DNA of 63,625 bases, counting the filler. It is 6 parts of 6 records of this genome, joined end to end, with 100 filler letters (N's around TTAATTAATTAA, not from the genome) between each part and the next. Parts side by side here need not be neighbours in the genome. Positions count along the whole stretch, not along the records: positions 25,012 to 47,577 come from SRR31156797_22423; 5 more parts are not named here. One strand, written 5' to 3'. Shown here in pieces: positions 29,823-39,836 of this stretch (position 1 is its first letter; each line of letters begins with the position of its first letter). The notes under the pieces are model-generated. The model worked only from the letters and a program-made list of their open reading frames with translations. It made no database searches and was not told where the DNA came from. A program made the translations under genes and the position numbers.

Positions 29823-30407
29823 ATGAAAGCACATAGATTATTAGCATTTGGAATGTATGTATTATTTGTATTAGCAGTTTATTCTTGTGAAACTAAGAAT
29901 TCAAAAACAACAAATAAATCGAATACTACAGAGAAAGTAAAAGCTCCTTCGATGGATATTCATGCAGCCACATTCATGGGGAAAACAGAATTGGTAAAGC
30001 AACACATAGCTGTTGGCACGAATTTAAACAGCAAGGAACCAATGGGAGGATCAACTCCATTAATTACCGCTTGCTTATTTGGAAAAACAGAAGTCGCTCT
30101 TGAATTGATAAAAGCAGGAGTAGATTTAAATCTTAAAAACAATGATGGCTCTACGGCACTTCATGTTGCAGCATTCTTTTGCAGAACAAAGGTTGTTGAA
30201 GCTCTAGTAAAAAATGGAGCTAATCAAACTCTTAAGAACAATGCCGGCGCAACAGCTCTGGAAAGTGTATCTGCTCCATTCGCTCAAGTAAAAGGCATTT
30301 ATGAATTCTTTGGTAAGGAATTGGGACCTCTTGGTTTAAAATTAAATTACGGTCGAATTGAAAAAACAAGACCAGAAGTTGCTGAATTGTTAAAAAACAA
30401 CAGCTAA
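29823..30407 (+). CDS. Ankyrin-repeat lipoprotein
   Basis: Lipobox 'VYSC'; 'GSTPLITAC', 'GSTALHVAA', 'GATALE'. Confidence 0.88.
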   Translation: MKAHRLLAFGMYVLFVLAVYSCETKNSKTTNKSNTTEKVKAPSMDIHAATFMGKTELVKQHIAVGTNLNSKEPMGGSTPLITACLFGKTEVALELIKAGVDLNLKNNDGSTALHVAAFFCRTKVVEALVKNGANQTLKNNAGATALESVSAPFAQVKGIYEFFGKELGPLGLKLNYGRIEKTRPEVAELLKNNS

Positions 30408-30447
30408 ATAGGAAGTAATAAATTTTAATGTCTTAGAAATACAAATC

Positions 30448-31533
30448 ATGACAACAACAGAAAGAAGATACGATATAGATTGGCTGAGAGTGATTACAAT
30501 TGGGTTGTTATTAATATATCATATAGCCATTGTATTTCAGCCTTGGGGCGTGCTTATTGGCTTTATTCAAAGTGATACTTCTATGGAAAGCATTTGGATT
30601 CCAATGTCTGCATTAAACATTTGGAGAATACCTCTACTCTTTTTTGTTTCCGGAATGGGCGTTTGTTTTGCCATGCGTAAAAGAAATTCAAAACAGTTAT
30701 TGCTGGAAAGAAGCAAAAGAATCTTACTTCCCTTTCTATTTGGAATGATTTGTATTGTCCCTTTACATTTTTTGATTTGGAAAACTTATTACAATCAAGA
30801 TCTGAACTATCAAATCAACCCAAGTCATTTGTGGTTTTTAGGAAACATCTTCATGTATGTATTACTACTACTTCCTATATTCCAACTCATTAAAAAATAC
30901 AATGGAAAAATTCAGGTGTGGCTAAAAAATCTTTTTAAAACTCCTTTGGGATTATTGGTAATTCTGATTCCGTTCATCTTAGAATCAATCATCATCAATC
31001 CAGATCCATTTGAAATGTATGCCATGACATTGCATGGATTTTTAATGGGATTTTTAGCCTTTTTCTTTGGCTTTTGCTTTATTCTGGCAGGAAACACACT
31101 TCGGAATACATTAATAACATGGAAGTGGCCATTTCTAATCACTGCCATAGGTTTATATGGAATTCGCCTAATTACATTCCAGTTAAAATCACCTAATTAT
31201 TTAATGTCAATAGAATCGAATATCTGGATTTTTGCAGTTTTTGGATTCGCATTCCAATATCTTAATAAGCCCGGAAAAGTATTGACTTACTTAGGCGAAG
31301 CAACTTACCCAATATATATCCTTCATATGCTATGGTTATATGCTGCCTCTTATATAATTCTACCTATGCAAATGCCAGTTATTATCAAGTTCATAAGTAT
31401 TAACCTTCTAACATTTATTGGATGTTTTTCGATGTATGAATTTGTTATCAAACGCAGTATTATTTTACGCCCACTATTTGGATTGAAAATAAGTATGAAA
31501 TCCAAACCTAAGGTAGAACTTAAAATTTCCTAA
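30448..31533 (+). CDS. Acyltransferase-3 family membrane protein (OpgC/MdoC-like)
   Basis: 'RRYDIDWLRV', 'WRIPLLFFVSG', 'HLWFL', 'YPIYILH'; multiple TMs. Confidence 0.88.
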   Translation: MTTTERRYDIDWLRVITIGLLLIYHIAIVFQPWGVLIGFIQSDTSMESIWIPMSALNIWRIPLLFFVSGMGVCFAMRKRNSKQLLLERSKRILLPFLFGMICIVPLHFLIWKTYYNQDLNYQINPSHLWFLGNIFMYVLLLLPIFQLIKKYNGKIQVWLKNLFKTPLGLLVILIPFILESIIINPDPFEMYAMTLHGFLMGFLAFFFGFCFILAGNTLRNTLITWKWPFLITAIGLYGIRLITFQLKSPNYLMSIESNIWIFAVFGFAFQYLNKPGKVLTYLGEATYPIYILHMLWLYAASYIILPMQMPVIIKFISINLLTFIGCFSMYEFVIKRSIILRPLFGLKISMKSKPKVELKIS

Positions 31534-31538
31534 GATCA

Positions 31539-31578
31539 AAACCCCGCTACTTTGAATACGATTCAATTAGCGGGGTTT
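31539..31578. terminator. Hairpin terminator between convergent genes
   Basis: AAACCCCGCTA...TAGCGGGGTTT stem with inner TTGAAT/ATTCAA pairing. Confidence 0.7.
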
Positions 31579-31598
31579 ATCTACACCAAGCGCTTACA

Positions 31599-32576
31599 CT
31601 ACAAACGTCCCAAATCTTGAAGTTGTTGGTATAAATCTTTCATTTTTGTTAATTCTGTAATCAATCTATTATCACCTGCCTTTTTCAAATAAACTTCTGA
31701 TTTTTCGAAGTTTCCTGTAATCATGTATAAAATACCTGTGTTTTTGGCAGCCATAAGAACAGCTCGTTTGTCAGCAGCATTATCAGCTACTTCGGCAAAC
31801 AAATCAGCAGCTACGGCATAATTCTCTTTTTTAGTTAGCTTATATGCTTCTTTCTGCTTTTTCGAAAGCACCTTGTCCTTCACCTTTTTTACTTTTTTCA
31901 CATCATATTCCTTAATTATCAACTTAGGAGTTAACTCTGCCTTAATAGATTTTAAATAGTCAGAAATACAATTCATCGTCAATTCTCTATCAGGTATTTC
32001 GCCTTCAAAATCTCCATCTTTCGTCAATTTTGGAGCTCCAAGATATTCTTTCGAATAATGATAAGTCATATTCATTTTAGAATACACCTTAAGCGCAACA
32101 CCCGATTTGTTTGTAAACTGTAAGTCTACAGAAGCGTCGGCATCTTTATTCCTTGAATATTTCTTTACCATGTATGGCAATTTATGCGTAGCAGTATAGT
32201 ATTTCCCTTTCATACCACTCTCATCACTTTTAGTTAAACTAGAACGAATGGTTCCCGAAATAACCAAATCGGCTTCTCCCTCACTATTTACCAATTGATA
32301 CAATTGTGTGCTCATCCATGGTAAAGTAATAGTATACCCTCTTTGAGCTCCCAATTGAGCATCCTTAATGTTCTTTTTAATCAAGTCAGTTACTGTTCCT
32401 CCAGTCCTTACATTCCAAGGTTCCGAATCTTCTACAATAATATTTTTAACAAATACTGTTTTAACTCCATCAAATACATATGATGGCATTTTCATGGTAT
32501 AGGTTTTGATTTTCTCTGCATTACTAACTGTAGTTGCAACAACTAATAATGTTAACAGTACGAATATCTTTCTCAT
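31599..32576 (-). CDS. Exported hypothetical protein with C-terminal TPR-like helices
   Basis: Signal peptide 'SNA|EK'; 'ADLVISGTI' alpha/beta segment; C-terminal 'AAKNTGILYMITGNFEKSEVYLKKA'. Confidence 0.7.
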   Translation of the reverse strand: MRKIFVLLTLLVVATTVSNAEKIKTYTMKMPSYVFDGVKTVFVKNIIVEDSEPWNVRTGGTVTDLIKKNIKDAQLGAQRGYTITLPWMSTQLYQLVNSEGEADLVISGTIRSSLTKSDESGMKGKYYTATHKLPYMVKKYSRNKDADASVDLQFTNKSGVALKVYSKMNMTYHYSKEYLGAPKLTKDGDFEGEIPDRELTMNCISDYLKSIKAELTPKLIIKEYDVKKVKKVKDKVLSKKQKEAYKLTKKENYAVAADLFAEVADNAADKRAVLMAAKNTGILYMITGNFEKSEVYLKKAGDNRLITELTKMKDLYQQLQDLGRL

Positions 32577-32607
32577 AATTCTATCTTAATTGTATTTTTA
32601 CATGTAC

Positions 32608-33213
32608 TTATTGAACTCTAAATAACTTCCACATCGATTGATCACCTTCGGATTTACTTTTAAAAGTGATTCTTTTCCCATCAGGTGTATCAACAAGAGT
32701 TAGATATTTAATGTCAGTTAAAGTATAGTGATCCAGGGCTTTTGCATCATCAAAATGCGGCTCTTTTTTTCCATCGTAAAAACGAACATGCTCTCCATCT
32801 TCACAAATTTCAACAAACATCAAACTAGCATTTGGCAAGTCTAAATCCGCAGCAATTCGAAGTTTTAAGAAGCTATCTTTATCAATAACCAAACCACTCG
32901 ATCCTCGCAAAACCTTTTTAGTTAAGAGAACCTTTTTAGCCAGATTATCCTTCGATTTATAGATGTAAATTTGTTTCTGTAAACTCTTGTCCTCAGCAGG
33001 CACCTCTTTTAGCTTAAAAACAGCGGCTGATTGTTCATCTCCAACCGTAAAAAGAAGATTTAAAATGTCATATTTCACCAAACCTTCTTCCGATTTGCAT
33101 TTAATATTGAAATAAGGTTCCCCTAACATTCGTCCACTTTTATTCGTACTTATTTGTGCGTTAATTGCATTTCCGCATAGTAAGATTAAAATTCCTACAA
33201 GTAATTTTTTCAT
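32608..33213 (-). CDS. Exported hypothetical protein
   Basis: Signal peptide 'INA|Q'; no recognised motif. Confidence 0.65.
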   Translation of the reverse strand: MKKLLVGILILLCGNAINAQISTNKSGRMLGEPYFNIKCKSEEGLVKYDILNLLFTVGDEQSAAVFKLKEVPAEDKSLQKQIYIYKSKDNLAKKVLLTKKVLRGSSGLVIDKDSFLKLRIAADLDLPNASLMFVEICEDGEHVRFYDGKKEPHFDDAKALDHYTLTDIKYLTLVDTPDGKRITFKSKSEGDQSMWKLFRVQ

Positions 33214-33341
33214 GTGTCTTTATTTATTTAATTGATATTTTCTAGATTTTTCTCTTCTAATGCCCCCGGAAAATATGAGCCACACTCCCCGGGGACCAAC
33301 TTGGTTTTAGTTGTGAATAGAAAACATATGTATCTTATGGC

Positions 33342-35414
33342 TTACTTGTTTGTAGCAGGCTCAATGCGTTTTCCGCATCCAGTAGTCTCTACAATTTTAT
33401 TTACATTCTTAGTGATAACGCGCTCAAAAGAAGTGTACTTTTGGTAAGATACTTTGATTTTTGCAGTTTCATTCTTGATGTTATTGTACTCATTTTTCAC
33501 TACATCCAGCTTCCCTTTCAACTCATCAACTCCCGGAATCTTAGGAAGACTGATTTTCAACTTCTTCATTATTGGTTCTGCAGCCTTCATTCCAATTTCT
33601 GCAATTTTTCCAGCAATATAACCACCAGCAGTAAGTGCTTTATGAAGCGACATTGTGGTAACTTTAAAATCAAACTCTTTTTTTAACACCTTATCCATTT
33701 GACCAGTTACCTTACTCACCTTATCAAGAGTCGGCTTAATTTTTTTCACCCCTTTCTTTACCTTCTGAGCAGGCGAATAAAGTACAGCTAAAGCTTTTGC
33801 TCCTTTCTCAAAACTTGTTAAGCTGTTGTTTAAATTTCTCATTTGATTCGAAGTGCCTTTTAATCCCTTATTTATTTCTTTTATAGCACCTTCTACTTTC
33901 TTAAAATCACTTTCTAATTTTAATGTTTTAATACAGTCATCAATTCCTTTAACAGTAGCTTCACTCTTCTCCAATACAATTTTCGTGGTTGCCACCATAC
34001 CTTTTATCACATCAACAGTATTTTTAACTTGTCCCACCGCCGATTTAGTTGGTGTAATAAAAGGACGATCAATTGCATTAAACTTTTCAACTAAACCACC
34101 AACTGGCTTTTGTGCTATGGATAATGATTTAGAAGTAAAACCACTTACCGTACCTACAATAGGAATAGCATTTAATGCTTTTAAGGTACTTCCAACATTT
34201 TTCATTTTGGCATTTAAACTTTTGGTCTGACTCGAAATGTAAGTCACCACCTCCATTACCTCGTAACCTTTATCTACCGATGCTGAAATGGTTCCAATAC
34301 GATTGGTTAAAGCTGTGTATTGTTTTCGTGTTTCAGCCAGGTTCTTTTTTAAAGTGATCAATTCACTTCCAACATTCAAAGAGTAAATACGATACATGGA
34401 ATCTTTATAATCAGGAATCCATTTTTGGGCACTTCTGTAGAAGGCAATAATTTTATCCTTTTCCTTTTTAGAAGATTTCTCCAACTTTATAGCAGAAGCA
34501 TAATAAAATTCAGCAATTTTTTCTTTTGCTTTATCAATGGATTTTCTGGCATCATTATGGTTGGCATTCCATTTTACAGCTAATTTAAACTGATCAACAG
34601 ATTGTATATTCTTATTCACATCCTTTGATACCAACAATTCCGAACCTTTCTTGTAGTACAATTCCGCAATTTTTTTTGCCACCTTATCTTTTGCATTAAT
34701 TGCCTCGGCTAAGGAAGGTGTAAATTTAAGAGCATATCCCCAGGCTTCATGAGCCAAAACAAGAGTTGCTATATCCGAAGAGGTCTGATTTGAACTTGCG
34801 AATTCGGTATAATAAGTGGTAATTTTTTTAGCCGTTTCAATTCTAATATCGGAAGAGCAATATTTACTGTAAGCTTTTCTTAGTTTCTCATAGGAATCCT
34901 TAATTAAGGAACGATCGATATCCTCTTTCCCTTTTTTCATTATTAAATTAAAGGCATATTCAACCGAAGCTTTCGATTGCACTGAGTAATCAACAAAATC
35001 GGTCGTCCACTCCCATTTTCCTTTCGGATCAACAAATGGCAATTCAACTTGCTTTAGTTTTCCATAAACCGTCTCTAATAAATTATAGGTTTCTATCCTT
35101 TTTTCTGCTACCGAAATTGATTCTGTATTTTCAGAATTTGCTAAATAGGATTTCGTTTTAGCAAGGCTTGTATTAAAATTCGTGTACATGAATTTCTTGA
35201 ATGCCTTCACATCAGGATCAATAATTATTGCATTAAAAGCATGGTCGAGACCTTTAAGTGCATTTCCTTTGTTCATTTCTTCATTTGCAAGGTTAAACTC
35301 ACTTCTTCCTTTCGAAAACAAGCTGGAAGTAACACCACAACTGGTAATAAAAATTGATACTGCAAGAATGCAAGCACCAACAAAAAATAGTTTTTTGAGT
35401 GTAAAATTCTTCAT
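33342..35414 (-). CDS. Large lipoprotein: TPR-like N-half plus long coiled-coil C-half
   Basis: Lipobox 'ITSC'; helical repeats 'KIAELYY / KIAEFYY'; heptad-rich C-terminus. Confidence 0.75.
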   Translation of the reverse strand: MKNFTLKKLFFVGACILAVSIFITSCGVTSSLFSKGRSEFNLANEEMNKGNALKGLDHAFNAIIIDPDVKAFKKFMYTNFNTSLAKTKSYLANSENTESISVAEKRIETYNLLETVYGKLKQVELPFVDPKGKWEWTTDFVDYSVQSKASVEYAFNLIMKKGKEDIDRSLIKDSYEKLRKAYSKYCSSDIRIETAKKITTYYTEFASSNQTSSDIATLVLAHEAWGYALKFTPSLAEAINAKDKVAKKIAELYYKKGSELLVSKDVNKNIQSVDQFKLAVKWNANHNDARKSIDKAKEKIAEFYYASAIKLEKSSKKEKDKIIAFYRSAQKWIPDYKDSMYRIYSLNVGSELITLKKNLAETRKQYTALTNRIGTISASVDKGYEVMEVVTYISSQTKSLNAKMKNVGSTLKALNAIPIVGTVSGFTSKSLSIAQKPVGGLVEKFNAIDRPFITPTKSAVGQVKNTVDVIKGMVATTKIVLEKSEATVKGIDDCIKTLKLESDFKKVEGAIKEINKGLKGTSNQMRNLNNSLTSFEKGAKALAVLYSPAQKVKKGVKKIKPTLDKVSKVTGQMDKVLKKEFDFKVTTMSLHKALTAGGYIAGKIAEIGMKAAEPIMKKLKISLPKIPGVDELKGKLDVVKNEYNNIKNETAKIKVSYQKYTSFERVITKNVNKIVETTGCGKRIEPATNK

Positions 35415-35730
35415 CAAGTAATGATATTTAATTAAGATTTGGGTTTAGTTAAATAGATATCAAAATATCAATTGAATAATTTCATTGATCTATAAAATTG
35501 ATCTGTTAATCACAATTGATTTTTATGTATCTATTAAGCTTAGCAAATATGTAAACTTCCTATCAGTGAGTAAAAAAACAGCAATAGACAAAGTAATAGA
35601 CATAAGAAGCTCTCTGTTATTAAATGCTCTTAATCAGACTATTAACTCTTAAGAGATAAAAACTCTTGTTTTTGTTGGTATATCATATTTTATATATTTT
35701 TGATCTCACCTTAACAATATTATTTATTAT

Positions 35731-37986
35731 ATGCGATCTTTTCTACCCATATTTATCCTGTTCTTATTTACTATTTCGGAAGTTAGCGGCAATCAAAAAA
35801 TAGATTCACTTCTTCTTATCTCAAAAAAACAATTGGGACAAGAACATTTAAATACGATACTGAAAATTGCAGAAGATTTTAGTTATGGTAATAATGGTGA
35901 TACCATTATTTATTACTCAAAACTGGCTAATCAGGAAGCGCTTCAATTAAGAGATTCCATATCAATTCTAAAATCAAATTTTTATTGGGGCTCGGGCTTG
36001 TACTCCAAGAGAGAATATACCAAATCTCTTCAAAAGGTAAATATAGCTTTAGATCTAACGAATAAGTTGAATAAATCTAAGGAAAGATTGCAAGCACTTT
36101 ATCTAAAAGCAAGAAATTACCAAGGCTTAAAAGAGTATGAAAAGGCAATTGCTCACTTTATAAAGGCTTATGACTATTCCATATATCTTCTTAACAAGAA
36201 TAATGACAGACTTACCAAAGAATATTGTAAAGGAATTTTAAGGCAATTGACTTACACCTATTGGTATGCCGCAAAGCTAAATGAAGGAATTATTTATTTT
36301 ACCCAGCTAATAAATGATAATAAGGATGCTACAGACGAGATAAAGCGAGCATATTATTCAAACATTTCCTTTCTTTACAACCGAGGTATTGATTTTAAAA
36401 AAGCAGAATACTACCTGCTAAAAGCCGCTGAAATAAGTAATAAAAGTGACAATCAAAATGATATTTACCAAGACCAGGCTTATTTGGGTGCATTGTATGC
36501 CAATATAGGAAAGTACCCGAAAGCAATTGATCATTATGAACAAGCAATGCTCATTGCAAGACAACAGAATAACAGCAATAAAGTCTCTTACATTCTTCAA
36601 AATCTTGGTTTGTGTTACAACGCAAATGGCGATCTTCAGAAAGGTGTAGATATGATTTTTGACGGAATCAAATTATTCATTAAAAAAGAAGATCAGAAAG
36701 CAATTGCAAAAGCCTACCAACAACTTGGAAGAATGATGATTAAATGGCACAATTTTAGAGATGCAGACAAGTATCTTCAGCAGGCAGTCAAATTGCATCA
36801 AGAGACTAAATTTGAGGTGGAAGAATCCATTGATTATATCAATTTGGCAGTTTCTAAATACCATCAACAGGATGCAGATTCTTCACTTATTTACCTCGAA
36901 AAACTCTATTCTATTCCAAGCTTGAAAGCAAGCACCAACAATCAATGTTTGTATTTCTTAAATAAGGCTTTTGTGCATCTCGACTTGCAGAAAAAGCCTG
37001 AATTAGCCAACACAAATATTAAAAAAGCAATGGAATTGGTTCAAAAAACCAAATCGCCTACAATTAGGACCTACGTTGAGAAACTACAGGGATCTTATTA
37101 TTTGGCTTTGGATAGTGTTGAACAAGCAAAAAAGCATTTAGTAAATGCCTGGAACAATCACAAAAGTACAAGCATGCTTATCGATCAGGCTACAATTGCA
37201 AAACAATTATCATCTGCATATAAAAAGTTACATCAAACCGATAGCGCCTACTTCTATTTACAGAAAGCGGATAGCATTAATGCCAAACTTCATTTAAGGG
37301 AAGATGTACTAACACTTTATAAAAAGGACAATGATTTTGTTGTATACCTGGCTAAAAAAGAACAAGCCGTTCTAACAAAAGAGAACAAAAGATTGTCCAA
37401 TAGAATCATACTTATTAGAGTGTTTTATATTCTATTATCGGCAAGTGTAGTGGGTTTTCTAATCGTATTTATAAAGAAACGCACCAAAAGATACAAAAGT
37501 GAAATTCACAAAAAGGATTCCCATCGTAAGCAACTTCAAAAACAATCAAAATTAGACAAATCGATCATAGACAAAAACAATAAATTGATCCAGGCAAAAG
37601 AAAGCATTATTGCAGAATTAAACGAAAAACTCTTAAATAGTAAGTTTAATGCAAAATCGACTGATGATTTCAATGAAATAGAAGCTTTACTAAATGCCAA
37701 ACTAACAACAGAGGAAGATTGGGATCAATATCTACAATTGTTCACCTTAAAGAATCCTAGCTTTATTCCAGAATTGAAAAATAGGTTTCCCAAGCTATCT
37801 CGAAATGAAATTAAAATATTCATTCTTATAAAATTAGGACTAACAACCAGAGAAATGGCTGGTATATTAATGATTTCGACATCGAGTGTGAATACGGCTC
37901 GCTATCGCCTTCGTAAGAAATTAAATTTGGATACAGATCAAAAAATTGAAGACATAATTGAGAATGAAATTTTATCCATTAAATAA
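35731..37986 (+). CDS. TPR sensor + TM + LuxR-type HTH regulator
   Basis: Signal peptide, TPRs, TM; 'LSRNEIKIFILIKLGLTTREMAGILMISTSSVNTARYRLRKKLNL'. Confidence 0.88.
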   Translation: MRSFLPIFILFLFTISEVSGNQKIDSLLLISKKQLGQEHLNTILKIAEDFSYGNNGDTIIYYSKLANQEALQLRDSISILKSNFYWGSGLYSKREYTKSLQKVNIALDLTNKLNKSKERLQALYLKARNYQGLKEYEKAIAHFIKAYDYSIYLLNKNNDRLTKEYCKGILRQLTYTYWYAAKLNEGIIYFTQLINDNKDATDEIKRAYYSNISFLYNRGIDFKKAEYYLLKAAEISNKSDNQNDIYQDQAYLGALYANIGKYPKAIDHYEQAMLIARQQNNSNKVSYILQNLGLCYNANGDLQKGVDMIFDGIKLFIKKEDQKAIAKAYQQLGRMMIKWHNFRDADKYLQQAVKLHQETKFEVEESIDYINLAVSKYHQQDADSSLIYLEKLYSIPSLKASTNNQCLYFLNKAFVHLDLQKKPELANTNIKKAMELVQKTKSPTIRTYVEKLQGSYYLALDSVEQAKKHLVNAWNNHKSTSMLIDQATIAKQLSSAYKKLHQTDSAYFYLQKADSINAKLHLREDVLTLYKKDNDFVVYLAKKEQAVLTKENKRLSNRIILIRVFYILLSASVVGFLIVFIKKRTKRYKSEIHKKDSHRKQLQKQSKLDKSIIDKNNKLIQAKESIIAELNEKLLNSKFNAKSTDDFNEIEALLNAKLTTEEDWDQYLQLFTLKNPSFIPELKNRFPKLSRNEIKIFILIKLGLTTREMAGILMISTSSVNTARYRLRKKLNLDTDQKIEDIIENEILSIK

Positions 37987-38179
37987 GTAATCCTATTGTT
38001 ATCATTCAGTTTTAATCCCTGCATCGCTCTACATACAAGTATCTTACATATAATAAATAATATTTATTAATTTCTCTGTAGTCAAATGATGTTTTCATTC
38101 GTCATATCGTAAGGTAATTGATAATCTTAATACGATTAACAATTACAAACGATCAATTTAATGACAAAAACACCTAATA

Positions 38180-39598
38180 ATGAAGCAGCTAATCCTAAGT
38201 TTACTCGTATTCACTCTATTTATTCTTCCAGCCAAAAGCGAAAAATACGATATCATCATTCAAAACGTAAATATCGTTAATGTTGAAACAGGTAGTATCG
38301 TAAAAAACCAGGATGTTGGCGTTCAACAGCAAATCATAAAAAAAATAAGTACTGGAAATCGATTATTAGCAAGTGATAGCACTCAAGTTATTGATGGAAA
38401 TGGTAAGTACTTAATCCCTGGACTCTGGGATATGCACGTGCATTTTTATTTTCCCGATAAAGAATATCTAAAAATGTATTTGGCAAAAGGCGTTGTTGGC
38501 GTGAGAGAAATGACCGGCTATCAGATGGAATGGAAAGACAGCTCCAAACAAAATTGCAATGTCCCAAGAATCATGTTTGCCAGCCAGATAATGGATGGTC
38601 CTACTCCTTGGTTTGAAAGTAGTATCCCCGTAAAAGACTGTGAACATGCAGTTGAAATTGTTCAGGAAGCCAAAAGAAATGGAAGTGAATTTGTAAAATT
38701 ACTCAGTTTGGTTCCGAGAGATCAGTATATGGCAATTGTGAATGAATGCAATCGATTAAATTTTGATTTTGCAGGTCATGTGCCCTACAGTGTACGTTTA
38801 ATTGAAGCCGCAAAATTAGGGCAAAAATCAAATGAACACTTAAATGGCTTGCTCCTATCCTGTTCAAAAAAGGAGAATTTTTTACATGCAAGGTTAGACA
38901 GCTTGCTCTCCATATCCTCAAAAGAAGAAAAGCTATCAAAAATTTTGAAAATGCAAATCATGGGTTGTAGAACCAAGGCTCTACGGTCATTTGATCAGCA
39001 GAAAGCTGATTCTGTAATTCATGAGTTATGCAAATACAACATGTACCAGTGCCCTACTCTTGGCGTGAAACATCGTTTTCAGTACAACGAATTGGAATGG
39101 ATTTATACCGACAATAGATATGACTTTTTTCCACCTCCTGTTACGAAAAGATATCGCCCTGATGCAGAAACTCTAAAAAAAGTAAAGTCTTTTGATAGGG
39201 AGTTAATTCTGCAGGAAAAGTTACTTTTACAGATGCATACCGAAGGAGTAAAAATTATAGCTGGTTCCGATCAGGGATGTGCTGGTTTTAATTTACATGA
39301 TGAGCTTGAATATTTGGTAAATGCGGGACTTTCGAATGCTGAGGCGCTTAAAACAGCTACTATAAATCCAGCCTCTTTTATGAACAATGAAAAAAGTATG
39401 GGAAGTGTTAAAGTAAATAAATTGGCTGATTTGGTTCTATTGAATGCGAATCCGCTCGAAAACATTCAAAACACACGCGATATCAAACTGGTCATTTTTA
39501 AAAATAAAGTCATTCAGCCAGATCAACTTCTTCAGGAAGTGAAAGAAGTCAATCTTAAAATTTCAAATGTAGATCCTTTCGAAAAGAAGTTTGATTAG
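38180..39598 (+). CDS. Exported amidohydrolase-family protein
   Basis: 'GKYLIPGLWDMHVH', 'FAGH', 'AGSD', 'ALKTATINPA', 'KLADLVLLNANPLENI'. Confidence 0.9.
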   Translation: MKQLILSLLVFTLFILPAKSEKYDIIIQNVNIVNVETGSIVKNQDVGVQQQIIKKISTGNRLLASDSTQVIDGNGKYLIPGLWDMHVHFYFPDKEYLKMYLAKGVVGVREMTGYQMEWKDSSKQNCNVPRIMFASQIMDGPTPWFESSIPVKDCEHAVEIVQEAKRNGSEFVKLLSLVPRDQYMAIVNECNRLNFDFAGHVPYSVRLIEAAKLGQKSNEHLNGLLLSCSKKENFLHARLDSLLSISSKEEKLSKILKMQIMGCRTKALRSFDQQKADSVIHELCKYNMYQCPTLGVKHRFQYNELEWIYTDNRYDFFPPPVTKRYRPDAETLKKVKSFDRELILQEKLLLQMHTEGVKIIAGSDQGCAGFNLHDELEYLVNAGLSNAEALKTATINPASFMNNEKSMGSVKVNKLADLVLLNANPLENIQNTRDIKLVIFKNKVIQPDQLLQEVKEVNLKISNVDPFEKKFD

Positions 39599-39644
39599 GA
39601 ACGTATAATGACCAATTCGTAATGGTATTATTAATTTATGCAAA

Positions 39645-39774
39645 TAGAGACGCAAGACCTAGCTAATTTTAAACTACAATTTAAGGATGTCAAATACTAA
39701 GAATGTAGTCCAAATTTATTTTTCCAAGAGTTGATATTAGAATCGTGCTGAGACGCAAAACCTTGCGTCTCTAT
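39645..39774. repeat. Degenerate REP-like copies (GAGACGCAA...TTGCGTCTCTA family)
   Basis: Half site TAGAGACGCAAGACCT at 39645 and hairpin GAGACGCAAAACCTTGCGTCTCTA at 39750; same core as the RAYT-linked palindrome. Confidence 0.7.
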
Positions 39775-39836
39775 CATCATTAAATTTTAAATTGATCATG
39801 ACTACATGATTGCCAGACATAACTAGCAAGTTTTTT

